From an uncultured Actinomycetota bacterium (GTDB taxonomy: Bacteria > Actinomycetota > Actinomycetes > Streptosporangiales > Streptosporangiaceae), in assembly GCA_963725175.1 (NCBI GenBank), contig CAVRXH010000006.1, forward strand, positions 5,939,580 to 6,003,579: 64,000 bases of DNA, given 5' to 3'. The translations under genes were made by a program, and so were the position numbers. Under the pieces are notes generated by a model. That model was not told the DNA's origin. It saw only the letters and a program-made list of their open reading frames with translations, and ran no database searches. This document shows, in pieces, positions 46,497 through 55,469 of the stretch (positions are counted from its first letter, which is position 1; every line of letters begins with the position of its first letter).

Positions 46497-46919
46497 TCAG
46501 GCGCGCCAGAGCAGCTCGTCAAGCTCGGTGTCGACGTCGAGGAACTCGCCCTCGCGCCCGGCCGAGATCATGTCAAAGGTCCTGGTGAGGAACGCGGCGG
46601 TCGCCTCGCGCGGCGCCTCGAAGTGTGCCTCGCCGAACGGTGAGGACAGGGCCAGGTTCAGCACCGGCCTGCCGCGCTCATTCGACGGCCAGACCTGGAC
46701 ATCGCCCTCGCCGGCCGGGCCGTCGAGGCCCGCCGTGAGCAGCTCGCGTGCGAAGATCCACTCCACCGGCTCGTCGGCGCCGACGTGGAACGACATGCGG
46801 ATCGCATACGGGTCGTCGGCGCTGTAGCACAGGCTGGCCACGAGGGGAACGGCTCCGTGCTCGGGAACCACCAGGCTGAGACCAAGCTCAGCGGTCACGG
46901 TAGCGCTGCTGTTCATCAT
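46497..46919 (-). CDS. ssgB: SsgA-like sporulation/cell-division protein (SsgB-type SALP)
   Basis: ..ELGLSLVVPEHGAVPLVASLCYSADDPYAIRMSFHVGADEPVEWIFARELLTAGL..GDVQVWPS.. aligns by eye with SsgB. Confidence 0.8.
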   Translation of the reverse strand: MMNSSATVTAELGLSLVVPEHGAVPLVASLCYSADDPYAIRMSFHVGADEPVEWIFARELLTAGLDGPAGEGDVQVWPSNERGRPVLNLALSSPFGEAHFEAPREATAAFLTRTFDMISAGREGEFLDVDTELDELLWRA

Positions 46920-47394
46920 CGGGTCAGACCTTCTGCCTTGTCGTGTCCCGGATTGCCGGGCTTCATTATTGGTGTGCGTTTGCCATCACTTATGGCACTT
47001 AACGTGCCGCTGGAATGTCATCGCAGGAAGTAGATTCCGCGAATTGAGTCGCTCGTAACCTCGGTCAGCGTTCAACAAAACCGGCTTCACTAGCCCCGAC
47101 CTGGTCAAACGCTTCGGCAGATAAAACACGCTTTCCGGAGCGTCCTGTTCCATCCGGCCCCACGACCCAATGTGACCTTCGTCTCACTCGGGCCTGCTCC
47201 GGCGCGTCGCGCTTGCGGATCTGGCTCGCATGAGTGCGGAACAGCCTGCTGGGCAGGGGATTCCAGTCCGCCGCGACAGGCTGCCCGGAGACGACCTCGA
47301 ACTAACACAAAGGCCATAAATAGTAATAACTGGACAGGGCTATTGCCGCCGTCTCTGCCGTGACCAGTCATTCCCCGGGGTGATCTATGGGGCT

Positions 47395-47441
47395 CTGCGG
47401 GGGCCGCCGGCCGCCCGGAGGCGGTGGCCGCAGAGTTTTTT
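47395..47441 (+). terminator. Orphan Rho-independent terminator (candidate sRNA 3' end)
   Basis: GC-rich hairpin with outer stem CTGCGG/CCGCAG, inner stem GCCGCC../GGCGG.. and tetraloop CGGA. It is followed 2 nt later by TTTTTT. There is no plus-strand CDS upstream. Confidence 0.55.
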
Positions 47442-47584
47442 CCGGATCTCGCGCGGCGGCCCGGTCCTGGCACGGGCACGGCGGCCGGAAGCGGGACTAA
47501 CCGCCCGGGCCGGGCGCGGCGCCGCCCGTCCGCCGGATGCGCTAATCTGAGACCGCCGTCACGGACCCGGTCAGGCCGTGCCAC

Positions 47585-47656
47585 GGGCGATTGGCTCAGC
47601 GGAAGAGCGCTGCCTTCACACGGCAGAGGTCGCTGGTTCGAACCCAGCATCGCCCA
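47585..47656 (+). tRNA. tRNA-Val (anticodon CAC)
   Basis: GGGCGATTGGCTCAGCGGAAGAGCGCTGCCTTCACACGGCAGAGGTCGCTGGTTCGAACCCAGCATCGCCCA. Acceptor GGGCGAT/ATCGCCC, anticodon loop TTCACAC. Confidence 0.9.
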
Positions 47657-47671
47657 CACAGCATCGCCCAC
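47645..47671 (+). repeat. 13-bp perfect direct duplication of the tRNA-Val 3' end
   Basis: CAGCATCGCCCAC occurs at 47645-47657 (the last 12 nt of the tRNA plus 1) and again at 47659-47671. Confidence 0.9.
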
Positions 47672-47689
47672 CAGCACTAGTTCACCGAC

Positions 47690-47725
47690 AGGTCCCGCCC
47701 GGCACGCCGGGCGGGACCTTTTCTC
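47690..47725 (+). terminator. Rho-independent terminator of tRNA-Val(CAC)
   Basis: Perfect 13-bp stem AGGTCCCGCCCGG-cacg-CCGGGCGGGACCT followed by TTTCTC. Confidence 0.8.
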
Positions 47726-47804
47726 ATCTGCGGGGCAGCCGCTAATCATGTTGCCCTCGCTAGCGGCTATCTGGACCGGCACCGGAGAACGCGATGGGAA
47801 GCTC

Positions 47805-48059
47805 ATGCAGGCAGGCCGCTCCGTGCTGACGTACGCTGGGTTTGTGACAGCGGCTGACTACAGCGATCTCCACGAGCTCATTGACCGCCTGGAACCAGAA
47901 CAGGCCGAGGAGCTGCGTGAGCACGTACTCAGGCTGATTCACCCGGTTCGGAGCCGGTTTAAGGTGCTGCGGACCTTCAGCGGCCCCGAGGCCAACCTCG
48001 GCGTCAGGGCGCGGGAAGTCATGCGCGCTGACTTCGAGCGTGACGATGCTGATCGTTGA
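47805..48059 (+). CDS. vapB: Antitoxin of the VapBC-type module
   Basis: 84 aa. The C-terminal FKVLRTFSGPEANLGVRAREVMRADFERDDADR resembles the toxin-binding tail of the 43889 antitoxin. It overlaps the PIN gene by 14-20 nt. An alternative ATG lies at 47748. Confidence 0.65.
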   Translation: MQAGRSVLTYAGFVTAADYSDLHELIDRLEPEQAEELREHVLRLIHPVRSRFKVLRTFSGPEANLGVRAREVMRADFERDDADR

Positions 48060-48456
48060 TACCGGCCCGCTCGTCGCTTACCTGAATCACAACGATCCAG
48101 ATCACGCTCGCTGCGCCGAACTTCTGGACTCGCGCACCGATGATCTTCTCGTGACCCCCTACGTCATCACCGAGGCCTGTTACCTCGTCGGGAAGTACGT
48201 CGGACCGGAGGCCGAGATCAACCTGGTTGAGGCGCTCGCCGCGGGGGACCTGAGCCAGATTGATGTCCCGGCAGGAGATCTGATCCGCATGGCCGAACTC
48301 ATGCGGCAGTACATCGGCTTCCCGCTGGGTGTTGCCGATGCGTCGGTCATCGCCACCGCCGAGCGCCTTCGGGCCACCGAGGTGGCCACACTGGACCGGC
48401 GGCACTTCCACGCGGTACGACCGGCCCACGTGACGGCGCTGAAGCTGCTTCCTTAA
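48040..48456 (+). CDS. vapC: PIN-domain ribonuclease toxin VapC
   Basis: MTMLIVDTGPLVAYLN..LLVTPYVITEACYLV..GVADASVIATAERL..VATLDRRHF carries the conserved acidic PIN residues. Confidence 0.85.
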   Translation: MTMLIVDTGPLVAYLNHNDPDHARCAELLDSRTDDLLVTPYVITEACYLVGKYVGPEAEINLVEALAAGDLSQIDVPAGDLIRMAELMRQYIGFPLGVADASVIATAERLRATEVATLDRRHFHAVRPAHVTALKLLP

Positions 48457-48533
48457 GGCTGTCGGGGCTGCCGTCCGATAGGAGAGTTGGCGGGGCGGGC
48501 AGGGAAATCGGGCAGACGGGACCGGCTGGTCCT

Positions 48534-49976
48534 GTGCAGACTGGCGGCGTGCTGCTGACGATCTCCACGACTCATGCTCCGGCGTCCGATCTCGGGTACC
48601 TGCTGCATAAGCACCCCGGCCGGGTTCAGGCGTTCCCGCAGTCGGTGGGCACCGCGCACGTCTTCTACCCGGCGGTCAGCGACGAGCGCTGCACGGTGGC
48701 GCTGCTGCTGGAGGTTGACCCGGTGGCGCTGGCGCGCGGCCGGGCGGGCCGGCGCGGCGAGGCGTTCCCGCTGGGGCAGTACGTCAGCGACCGGCCCTAT
48801 GTCGCGTCCAGCATGCTCGCGATGGCGCTCAAGGATGTCTTCCGCACGGCGCTGACCGGGCGCTGCGACGCCCGTCCGGAACTGGCCGCCGCGGCGATCC
48901 CGCTGGAGATCGGAATCCCGGCGGTGCCCAGCCGCGGCGATGCGGACCTGCCCCGGCGGCTGTTCGGGCCGCTGGGCTGGCAGGTCGCGGCGGCTCGCGG
49001 GCCGCTTGACCCGGAGATCCCGGACTGGGGCGACTCGCCGTACGCCGATGTCCGGCTCACCGGCGAGCTCCGGCTGGCCGATGCCCTGAACCACCTGTAC
49101 GTGCTGCTCCCGGTGCTGGACGACGCCAAGCACTACTGGGTCAGCGAGGACGAGATCGGCAAGCTGCTCCGCGCGGGCGAGGGCTGGCTGCCGTCGCACC
49201 CGGAGCAGGAACTGATCACCCGGCGGTACCTGTCGCACCAGCGGGACCTGGCCAGGTCGGCGCTGGCCCGGCTGGCGGAGGCCGACGACGCCGGGCCGGC
49301 CGAGTTCGACAACGCCCCGGACGGCGCGGTCGCGCTCGATGACCCGCGGCGGCCAGGCGAGCTGGCCGGGCAGCGGCGGGCGGCGGTGCTCGCCGCGGTG
49401 CTGGCGTCGGGGGCGCGCCGGGTCGGTGACCTGGGCTGCGGCGAGGGCCTGCTGGCGGCGGACCTGCTGGCCGCGCCGGGCATCGAGCAGGTAGTGGCCA
49501 CCGACGTGTCGGCGCGGGCGCTCCAGATCGCCGCGCGGCGGCTGGGCCTGGACCAGATGCCGGACCGGCAGCGGCAGCGCCTGGAGATCTTCCAGTCGGC
49601 GCTGACCTACCGCGACGACCGGCTGGCGGGCCTGGACGCCGCCGTCCTGATGGAGGTGATCGAGCACATCGACCCGCCGCGGCTGGACACGCTGGAACGG
49701 GTGGTTCTCGGCCACGCGGCCCCGGCCACGGTGATCATCACCACCCCGAACGCGGAGCACAACGTGCTGTTCGACGGCCTGCGAGCGGGCGGGCTGCGGC
49801 ACGCGGACCACCGGTTCGAGTGGACGCGCGAGCAGTTCAGGGCCTGGGCGAGCCGGGCGGCGGCCGCCTACGGGTACACGGCCGCGTTCGCCGGAATCGG
49901 CCCCGACGACCCGCGGGTCGGGCCGCCGACCCAGCTCGCCATCCTGACCAGGACCGGGGCGGAGGTGCCCGCATGA
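48534..49976 (+). CDS. hen1: 3'-terminal RNA ribose 2'-O-methyltransferase Hen1 (bacterial RNA repair)
   Basis: N-terminal Hen1 ligase-activating domain (..LLTISTTHAPASDLGYLLHKHPGRVQ..) and C-terminal methyltransferase (..VGDLGCGEGLL.., ..LMEVIEHIDPPRL.., ..HRFEWTREQF..). The start may be GTG 48549. Confidence 0.85.
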   Translation: MQTGGVLLTISTTHAPASDLGYLLHKHPGRVQAFPQSVGTAHVFYPAVSDERCTVALLLEVDPVALARGRAGRRGEAFPLGQYVSDRPYVASSMLAMALKDVFRTALTGRCDARPELAAAAIPLEIGIPAVPSRGDADLPRRLFGPLGWQVAAARGPLDPEIPDWGDSPYADVRLTGELRLADALNHLYVLLPVLDDAKHYWVSEDEIGKLLRAGEGWLPSHPEQELITRRYLSHQRDLARSALARLAEADDAGPAEFDNAPDGAVALDDPRRPGELAGQRRAAVLAAVLASGARRVGDLGCGEGLLAADLLAAPGIEQVVATDVSARALQIAARRLGLDQMPDRQRQRLEIFQSALTYRDDRLAGLDAAVLMEVIEHIDPPRLDTLERVVLGHAAPATVIITTPNAEHNVLFDGLRAGGLRHADHRFEWTREQFRAWASRAAAAYGYTAAFAGIGPDDPRVGPPTQLAILTRTGAEVPA

Positions 49977-52558
49977 GCGCGGAACTGGGTGTCCCCGAGC
50001 TGAGCCTGATCGTGCTGATCGGCGTCACGGGGTCGGGAAAATCGACGTTCGCCCGGACGCGCTTCCGGCCGACTGAGGTCATCTCCTCGGACTTCTGCCG
50101 CGGCCTGGTCGCCGACGACGAGAACGACCAGTCGGCGACGCCCGAGGCCTTCGAGCTGCTCTCCTACATCGTCGGCAAGCGCCTGGCGGGGGGCCGGCTG
50201 ACCGTGGTGGACGCGACCAGCGTCCAGCCGGGCGCCCGCAGGCCGCTGGTCGCCCTGGCCAGGGAGCACGACGTGCTGCCGGTCGCGATCGTGCTGGATG
50301 TCCCCGAGGGCACCTGCGCGGCCAGGAACGCGGCGCGGCCGGACCGGGACTACGGCAGCCAGGTGGTCCGCCGCCAGCACGACCAGCTCCGGCGCGGTCT
50401 CAGCGGGCTGCGCCGGGAGGGCTTCCGCGCGGTCCACGTGCTGCGCGGCACGGCCGAGATCGACGCGGCGAGCATCACCAGGACCCGGCTGTACAACGAC
50501 CTGCGTGCCGAGAACGGGCCGTTCGACGTCATCGGCGACGTGCACGGCTGCCGCGCCGAGCTGGAAGGGCTGCTGGCCGAGCTGGGCTACGAGATCACCA
50601 GGGACGGCCAGGGCCGTGCCACGGGCGCGCACCACGAGGGCCGCCGGGCGGTCTTCGTCGGGGACCTGGTGGACCGGGGCCCGGACACTCCCGGCGTGCT
50701 GCGGCTGGTGCTGGGGATGGTCTCCGCCCAGGACGCGTACTGCGTGATGGGCAATCACGAGAGCAAGCTGCTGCGGGCCCTGCGCGGCAGCAAGGTCCAG
50801 GTCAGTCACGGCCTCGCGCAGTCGCTGGCGCAACTGGAGTCGGAGCCGCAGGAGTTCAGGATCGAGGTTGAGCGGTTCCTCGACGGGCTGATCAGCCACT
50901 ACGTCTTTGACGGCGGGCGGCTGGTGGTGGCGCACGCGGGCCTGATCGAGCGGTACCAGGGCCGCGCGTCGGGACGGGTCCGGTCGTTCTGCCTGTACGG
51001 CGACACCACGGGGGAGACCGACGAGTACGGGCTGCCGGTCCGCTACCCGTGGGCCCGCGACTATCGCGGCGCGGCGATGGTGCTGTACGGGCACACGCCG
51101 GTGCCCGCGCCGGAATGGGTCAACAACACGCTCTGCCTGGACACCGGCTGCGTGTTCGGCGGCCGCCTCACGGCGCTGCGCTATCCCGAGCGGGCGATCG
51201 TCTCGGTGCCCGCCACCGCCGTGCACTACGAGCCGGCCAGGCCGTTCCCGGCCAGCCCGGAGGCGGGCGGCGAGACCGGGCCGGAGGCCGGCGGGGCGGT
51301 GGCGGGCCGCCGGGAGCCCGACGTGCTCGACATCACCGACGTCACCGGGACGCGGGTCATCGAGACGGCGTACCAGCCGCGCATCGGGGTGCGCGAGGAG
51401 AACGCGGCGGCGGCGCTTGAGGTGATGAGCAGGTTCGCGATCGATCCCCGCTGGCTGGTGTACCTGCCGCCGACCATGAGCCCGGTCGCCAGCTCGGCCG
51501 AGCCCGGCCTGCTGGAGCACCCGGCGCAGGCGTTCGACTACTTCAGGACCGCCGGCGTCGGCCAGGTCGTGTGCGAGGAAAAGCACATGGGCTCGCGGGC
51601 GGTCGCGCTGGTCTGCCGGACGCCGGGCGAGGCCAGCGCCAGGTTCGGCGTGCCGGACGGCCAGGCGGGAGCGGTGTGGACCCGCACCGGGCGGGCGTTC
51701 TTCCGCGACGAGCTGACCGGGCAGTTCACCGGCCGGCTGCGGGAGGCAGCCGAACGGGCCGGGCTGTTCGTCGAGCTGGACACCCCCTGGCTGCTGTTCG
51801 ACGCCGAGCTGATGCCGTGGAGCGCCAAGGCCGGCCCGCTGCTGCGCGACCAGTACGCGGCGATCGGCGCGGCGGCCCGTGCCGCGCTCCCGGCCGCCGT
51901 GGCGACCCTGGAGCAGGGGGCAGCGGCCGGGCTGGACCTGGGCGAGTTGCTCGGCCGCATGAAGGGGCGGGAGGCCCGCGCCGCCGCGTTCACGGCTGCC
52001 TACCGGCGGTACTGCTGGCCGGTTGCGGAACTAGCTGGCATCAGGTTCGCGCCGTTCCAGCTCCTGGCCAGCGCGGGGGCGGTGCACCAGGAGCGGCCGC
52101 ACGGCTGGCACCTGGCCCTGGCCGACCGGCTGGCCGGCGCCGACCCGGAGCTGATCGCGGTCACCCGGCGGACTGTCGTGGACGTCACGGACCCAGGCTC
52201 GGTCGCGGCGGGGTGCGAGTGGTGGGCCCGGCTGACCGGGGACGGTGGCGAGGGCATGGTGGTCAAGCCGGCCCGGAACCTGGCCAGGGACCGCAAGGGG
52301 CTGGTGCAGCCGGGCCTGAAGGTGCGCGGCCGGGAGTACCTGCGGCTGATCTACGGCCCCGACTACACCGAGCCGGCGAACCTGGAACGGCTGCGCACCC
52401 GGAGCCTGGGCCACAAGCGCTCGCTGGCGCTGCGCGAGTACGCGCTCGGCCTGGAGGCGCTGGACCGGCTAGCCAGGGGCGAGCCGCTGTGGCGAGTACA
52501 CCAGTGCGTCTTCGCCGTCCTGGCCCTCGAATCCGAGCCAGTCGACCCGCGCCTGTAG
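49973..52558 (+). CDS. pnkp: Polynucleotide kinase-phosphatase-ligase Pnkp (bacterial RNA repair)
   Basis: ATGA overlap with hen1. Kinase P-loop GVTGSGKST. Metallophosphatase motifs GDVHGC, GDLVDRGP and GNHE. A C-terminal ligase-like domain is present. 861 aa. Confidence 0.88.
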   Translation: MSAELGVPELSLIVLIGVTGSGKSTFARTRFRPTEVISSDFCRGLVADDENDQSATPEAFELLSYIVGKRLAGGRLTVVDATSVQPGARRPLVALAREHDVLPVAIVLDVPEGTCAARNAARPDRDYGSQVVRRQHDQLRRGLSGLRREGFRAVHVLRGTAEIDAASITRTRLYNDLRAENGPFDVIGDVHGCRAELEGLLAELGYEITRDGQGRATGAHHEGRRAVFVGDLVDRGPDTPGVLRLVLGMVSAQDAYCVMGNHESKLLRALRGSKVQVSHGLAQSLAQLESEPQEFRIEVERFLDGLISHYVFDGGRLVVAHAGLIERYQGRASGRVRSFCLYGDTTGETDEYGLPVRYPWARDYRGAAMVLYGHTPVPAPEWVNNTLCLDTGCVFGGRLTALRYPERAIVSVPATAVHYEPARPFPASPEAGGETGPEAGGAVAGRREPDVLDITDVTGTRVIETAYQPRIGVREENAAAALEVMSRFAIDPRWLVYLPPTMSPVASSAEPGLLEHPAQAFDYFRTAGVGQVVCEEKHMGSRAVALVCRTPGEASARFGVPDGQAGAVWTRTGRAFFRDELTGQFTGRLREAAERAGLFVELDTPWLLFDAELMPWSAKAGPLLRDQYAAIGAAARAALPAAVATLEQGAAAGLDLGELLGRMKGREARAAAFTAAYRRYCWPVAELAGIRFAPFQLLASAGAVHQERPHGWHLALADRLAGADPELIAVTRRTVVDVTDPGSVAAGCEWWARLTGDGGEGMVVKPARNLARDRKGLVQPGLKVRGREYLRLIYGPDYTEPANLERLRTRSLGHKRSLALREYALGLEALDRLARGEPLWRVHQCVFAVLALESEPVDPRL

Positions 52559-52724
52559 TCGTCAGCGTGCTCGCGCGCCGCGAACCTCCCGCATTCCCGC
52601 GCGCCGTGGACCGATCGCCCCGTCATCCGCCAACTGGAAAGGAAAACCCGGCCCACAAGGAGCCGGGTGGTATATAGGGCAACTATAACGCGCTTACCGT
52701 GAGCCTGCTTCCCGGTGACGGGAA

Positions 52725-53456
52725 CTACCAGCCATCTGGGCGCTGGTACTGGCCAGCCGGATTCGGGAGCTGATGGTTCTTGAGGTCGGCAGCTGTCAGT
52801 CTGGCCCACCAGTGCCGCCCGGCCCCGGCTGCGGGATCTCCGCGCAAATCACCAGCCAGGTAGTTGCGCGAAGGATTGATCAGGCCGACCGGGACGTGCA
52901 GCCGGGCTTGCTCGACGGGGAACCGCAGGTCACTGTCATTGGAGATGACAAGTGCCGCGTCGACAGCACCGCCCAGAACGTCCAGCAGCAGGTGCGCTGC
53001 CACGTTGACGTCAGAGCCCTTTTCCTCGCGATTGGCATACGACACCATGAATACCGCATCCGAGACAGGGCCGCCTCGGCCGTCCTGGACCATCACCGGC
53101 CAGGTGGGTCCGACCAGTTCGGGCCGCCCCTGCTGGTCTTTCACCGCGAGCGGGGCAGTCTTCACCCGAGCCACATAAGTTCCATACTCGATGTGGTCGA
53201 CGCTGCCCGTCGCTAGCAGGGCCTTGAGGTAGACGTCCTGATCAGCCTGCCCGGAGGGGTTTGAGACGCCGTCGATCCGAGCGGTGCGGTACACCACCCT
53301 GTCCACCTGCGCGCCGCGCCAGCTCGCTCGCCGCCCTGTCAGGTCCGACGCCAGCGTGCGCAGGTCCAGCCAGCGCCATCCCGGAGTGCTCCGGCCGCAC
53401 AGGCCTCGGGCACCGTAGTACACATTGAAGCCATCCACGTACACACCGACGCGCAT
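52725..53456 (-). CDS. NYN-domain (LabA/DUF88-like) predicted ribonuclease
   Basis: [15 protein letters not shown].. (first acidic motif), ..[16 protein letters not shown].. and ..[10 protein letters not shown].. follow the NYN pattern. GC content looks lower than in neighbouring genes. Confidence 0.75.
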   Translation of the reverse strand: MRVGVYVDGFNVYYGARGLCGRSTPGWRWLDLRTLASDLTGRRASWRGAQVDRVVYRTARIDGVSNPSGQADQDVYLKALLATGSVDHIEYGTYVARVKTAPLAVKDQQGRPELVGPTWPVMVQDGRGGPVSDAVFMVSYANREEKGSDVNVAAHLLLDVLGGAVDAALVISNDSDLRFPVEQARLHVPVGLINPSRNYLAGDLRGDPAAGAGRHWWARLTAADLKNHQLPNPAGQYQRPDGW

Positions 53457-53722
53457 TGACGGAAGCTAGCAGCAGCTACCGACACGCGCTCGCAGTAACG
53501 GGCGGGTGGCCCGGTGGTGCGCGAAGCTGAGCAAGGGAGGCCGCACGGTAGCGGCGATTTGTCCCGGCGCCCGCTCCCGGCCGTTTGGTTTGGTTACGTT
53601 GTGTGAAAGTGGCAAAGCTATGTGTAGTCATAGCAGTGCCGGCATCGTGCTGATCCGCTGATCTGCCTTACGAGCGTCGGCGCGAGAGAAGTCAGCTGCT
53701 GCCGCGCTTGTGAGGACGCGCC

Positions 53723-54040
53723 GTGCCCGGACCACTCGCCGCCGCGACCCGCGTCATCGGCGGTCACTCGGCCAAGGTGGCGCTCTCGCTGTCCGCGCGG
53801 CAGATTGTCATCATCTGCGTCATCCTGGGCGCGTTCGCCGTCCTGGTGATCCTGCCGGTGCTGGGCGGCATGCTGGTGGACGTGGTCAGCGCTGGCGCGG
53901 CCAAGTTCGGCGTGGCGGTGTTCTTCATGGGCCTGGGCACGCTGGGCCTCGGGCTGATCGCCAGCGTGCAGTTTCTCACCGTCATCGGGGCCTGCCTGGT
54001 CGGCGCCGTCGTCCTCGGCGCGATCTTCGACAACTACTAG
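53723..54040 (+). CDS. Small membrane protein (3 predicted TM segments)
   Basis: Strong GC3 bias throughout. Sequence ..IVIICVILGAFAVLVILPVLGG.., ..FGVAVFFMGLGTLGLGLIA.., ..VIGACLVGAVVLGAIF... Confidence 0.65.
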   Translation: MPGPLAAATRVIGGHSAKVALSLSARQIVIICVILGAFAVLVILPVLGGMLVDVVSAGAAKFGVAVFFMGLGTLGLGLIASVQFLTVIGACLVGAVVLGAIFDNY

Positions 54041-54142
54041 CCCCCTCGCGCTGCCCGCGTCGGCGTCCATTTCTTAAAGATTTGGTAAAGGGCGCTGACC
54101 GGCCGAAACTTGCGGCATCGCTCCTGCATACTCGATGCGGTG

Positions 54143-54562
54143 ATGACTCTTCGGATTCAAATAGTCACAAAGCGTAGTATTCGCTGCGCCCTTGCCTCGA
54201 CGGGGCTGGCTGCCGCCCTGGCGCTGACCGGCTGCGGCGGAAGTTCCGCGCCGTCAGCGAGCGCCCAGCCGAGCACCAGCTCCGCGTCTAGCACGGCGCA
54301 CGCGGCCGCCGACTCGGTGGTCATTCACATGTTCGCGTTCCACCCCGGCACCCTGACGGTGTCGCCGGGCGCGACGGTCAAGGTCCGCAACGCGGACTCG
54401 ACGACGCACACGCTGACGGACAAGGCCAATCCGAAGCTGTTCAGCACCGGCGATATCGGCCCCGGTCAGACCAGGACCTTCAAGGCGCCGACCAAGCCCG
54501 GAAGCTATCCGTTCTTCTGCCAGATCCACCAGTACATGACCGGGACCCTCGTCGTGAGCTAG
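54143..54562 (+). CDS. Cupredoxin (amicyanin/plastocyanin-like blue-copper) lipoprotein
   Basis: Lipobox LALTGC. Type-1 copper ligand pattern His (..STTHTL..) plus C-x2-H-x2-M (FFCQIHQYM). Confidence 0.75.
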   Translation: MTLRIQIVTKRSIRCALASTGLAAALALTGCGGSSAPSASAQPSTSSASSTAHAAADSVVIHMFAFHPGTLTVSPGATVKVRNADSTTHTLTDKANPKLFSTGDIGPGQTRTFKAPTKPGSYPFFCQIHQYMTGTLVVS

Positions 54563-54596
54563 CCGATCAGGGCCTCCGCAACACGAGGGAGGGCAC

Positions 54597-55469
54597 ATGG
54601 AACTTGACGAGGCCGCGCTGCGCGGGCTGACCGAGGAATCGCGAGATACCCATGCCGACGCGATCCGCGCGATCTCCGAACCTCTGGACGACATGGTCGA
54701 CCTCGGCCGCCAGGCGAGGTCGCGAAACGCCCTGGACCCGGACGAGAACGCCAGCTTCGCCGGCCTGAACCGGCGGCAGCTCGCGGCCACCGCCCGGCGG
54801 GGCGGCGGCCTGCTCGCCGCTACCGGAGTCCTCGCGGCGCTCGCCGACTTCATCGGCAGCCCCGCCTTCGCCGCGTCGGGAACCGACATCCAGGTGCTGC
54901 AGACGGCCTCCTCGATCGAGGTCCTGGCCATCTCCACCTACAAGACCGCGCTCACCCTCCCGTACATCGGCGGCAGCTCCGCGAACCCGGTCATCAAGGC
55001 CTTCGCGACCACCACGAAGAAGCAGCACCAGGACCACCTGGCGGCCTTCCAGGCCGCGACCACCGCGCTGGGCGGGAAGAAGCAGACCAAGCCCGACCCG
55101 AAGTTCGTGCCGGTGGTGGACAAGGCCGTCAAGTCGATCACCAAGGCCTCGCCGGCCAAGGGATCGCTGCTGGTCGTCGGCCTGGCCCTGGAGCTGGAGA
55201 ACATCGCGGCGGAGACCTATGTCAACAACATGAGCCTGCTCGCCGACGCGAACGCGAAGAAGGTCACCGCGAGCATCATGGGCGTGGAGGCTCAGCACGT
55301 CGCCATCCTGCTGGCGGTCCGCGCCCTCCTGAAGGCGGGCGACGCGGCCGACATCACGCTGCCCCCGCCGACGGCCAAGCTCCCGGCCGCCGCCGGCAAG
55401 GTCGGCTTCCCGAACGCCTTCTACCCGACGAGCAGCGCTGCCCCGGCAGCTCAGGGAGCAGTGAAATGA
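54597..55469 (+). CDS. Ferritin-like-domain protein with an internal twin-arginine signal
   Basis: ..NRRQLAATARRGGGLLAATGVLAALA.. is followed by ..LQTASSIEVLAISTY.., ..HQDHLAAF.. and ..LELENIAAETY..MGVEAQHVAIL.. (di-metal ferritin-like helices). Confidence 0.7.
   Translation: MELDEAALRGLTEESRDTHADAIRAISEPLDDMVDLGRQARSRNALDPDENASFAGLNRRQLAATARRGGGLLAATGVLAALADFIGSPAFAASGTDIQVLQTASSIEVLAISTYKTALTLPYIGGSSANPVIKAFATTTKKQHQDHLAAFQAATTALGGKKQTKPDPKFVPVVDKAVKSITKASPAKGSLLVVGLALELENIAAETYVNNMSLLADANAKKVTASIMGVEAQHVAILLAVRALLKAGDAADITLPPPTAKLPAAAGKVGFPNAFYPTSSAAPAAQGAVK

Noticed and set aside
47585-53456. Integrated prophage or ICE at tRNA-Val.
   Set aside because: No integrase, recombinase, transposase or phage structural gene is recognisable in the window. 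Only the 13-bp tRNA-end duplication and the lower-GC vapBC/NYN genes hint at past mobility.
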